Of a stretch of DNA of 55,410 nucleotides, positions 55,131 through 55,410 are shown piece by piece. How positions within the stretch are numbered: position 1 is the first letter of the stretch; each line of letters opens with the position of its first letter. The position numbers were made by a program, and so were the translations under genes. Source of the stretch: Alphaproteobacteria bacterium (GTDB lineage Bacteria; Pseudomonadota; Alphaproteobacteria; Rs-D84); contig JAIDWS010000019.1 of assembly GCA_029059055.1 (NCBI GenBank), forward strand, positions 1 through 55,410, in the 5' to 3' direction. The notes below the pieces were generated by a model, which was not told the origin of the DNA, did no database searches, and was given only the letters and a program-made list of their open reading frames with translations.

Positions 55131-55410
55131 ACATGCGACAAATGGCCGACGTCGTGCGTTAGTGTTTTTTATGGGTGCTGATGCTATAAAATGCGCTTTC
55201 GTGCGACGTCGGGCATGACAAGCGACGTGTCGGGCTGTTTATTGTCAACCAACTTACACACCCATCCATATAGCCCATACCCCCACACACCTTATTTATG
55301 AGTACGATAACAGGTTAAAACACCTGCTTATATCCCTATCACCCCCACCCACCCCCCAAGGTGTCGCATTGAAATGAGGGTCTGGGGGGTTTAACCATCT
55401 CCGCGCCCCC

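Larger units (their letters stand above)
48364..55410. mobile_element. Integrative element/genomic island at tRNA-Glu; right end outside the window
   Basis: Recombinase abuts and overlaps the tRNA 3' end; visible shift in base composition and codon style; cargo is all hypothetical. Confidence 0.8.

Noticed and set aside
48404-55410. Second attachment site (tRNA-Glu 3' duplication)
   Set aside because: No copy of GGTTCGAATCCGGTTGGGGCTGCCA was found by eye in the window, so the island's right boundary is not called.

Overview
This is a 55.4-kb chromosomal segment of a Gram-negative, apparently genome-reduced alphaproteobacterium. The uncultured gut lineage Rs-D84/'Ca. Enterousia' is my inferred best guess from gene style, not a database result. 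The housekeeping backbone comprises recG, lrgAB, tcdA-like/tatD, ackA, rpmG, rph, rne, priA, miaA, gap, frr-uppS-cdsA-rseP-bamA, yraN and six tRNAs (Lys, Leu, His, Ala, Asp, Glu). Interspersed are many lineage-specific secreted, Cys-rich or lipoprotein genes, scattered type IV secretion-like genes (virB11; virB7-like plus two virB8-like), an oleate hydratase and an orphan phage tail-fibre-like gene. From about 48.4 kb to the window end lies a large-serine-recombinase element abutting tRNA-Glu. The most striking signal is non-coding: nine dispersed ~165-235-nt intergenic elements plus one minimal module. Most have a recognisable sigma70 promoter; all have a 5' hairpin, a long covarying closing stem, a three-way mutually exclusive pairing (anti-antiterminator / antiterminator / terminator) and an intrinsic terminator. 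Sequences diverge strongly but the pairings are kept by compensatory changes, and I cannot match the fold to a known riboswitch class. Two tRNA genes also carry tandem tRNA-3'-end repeats that share a motif. All pairings and coordinates were worked out by eye; start codons and RNA ends are approximate.
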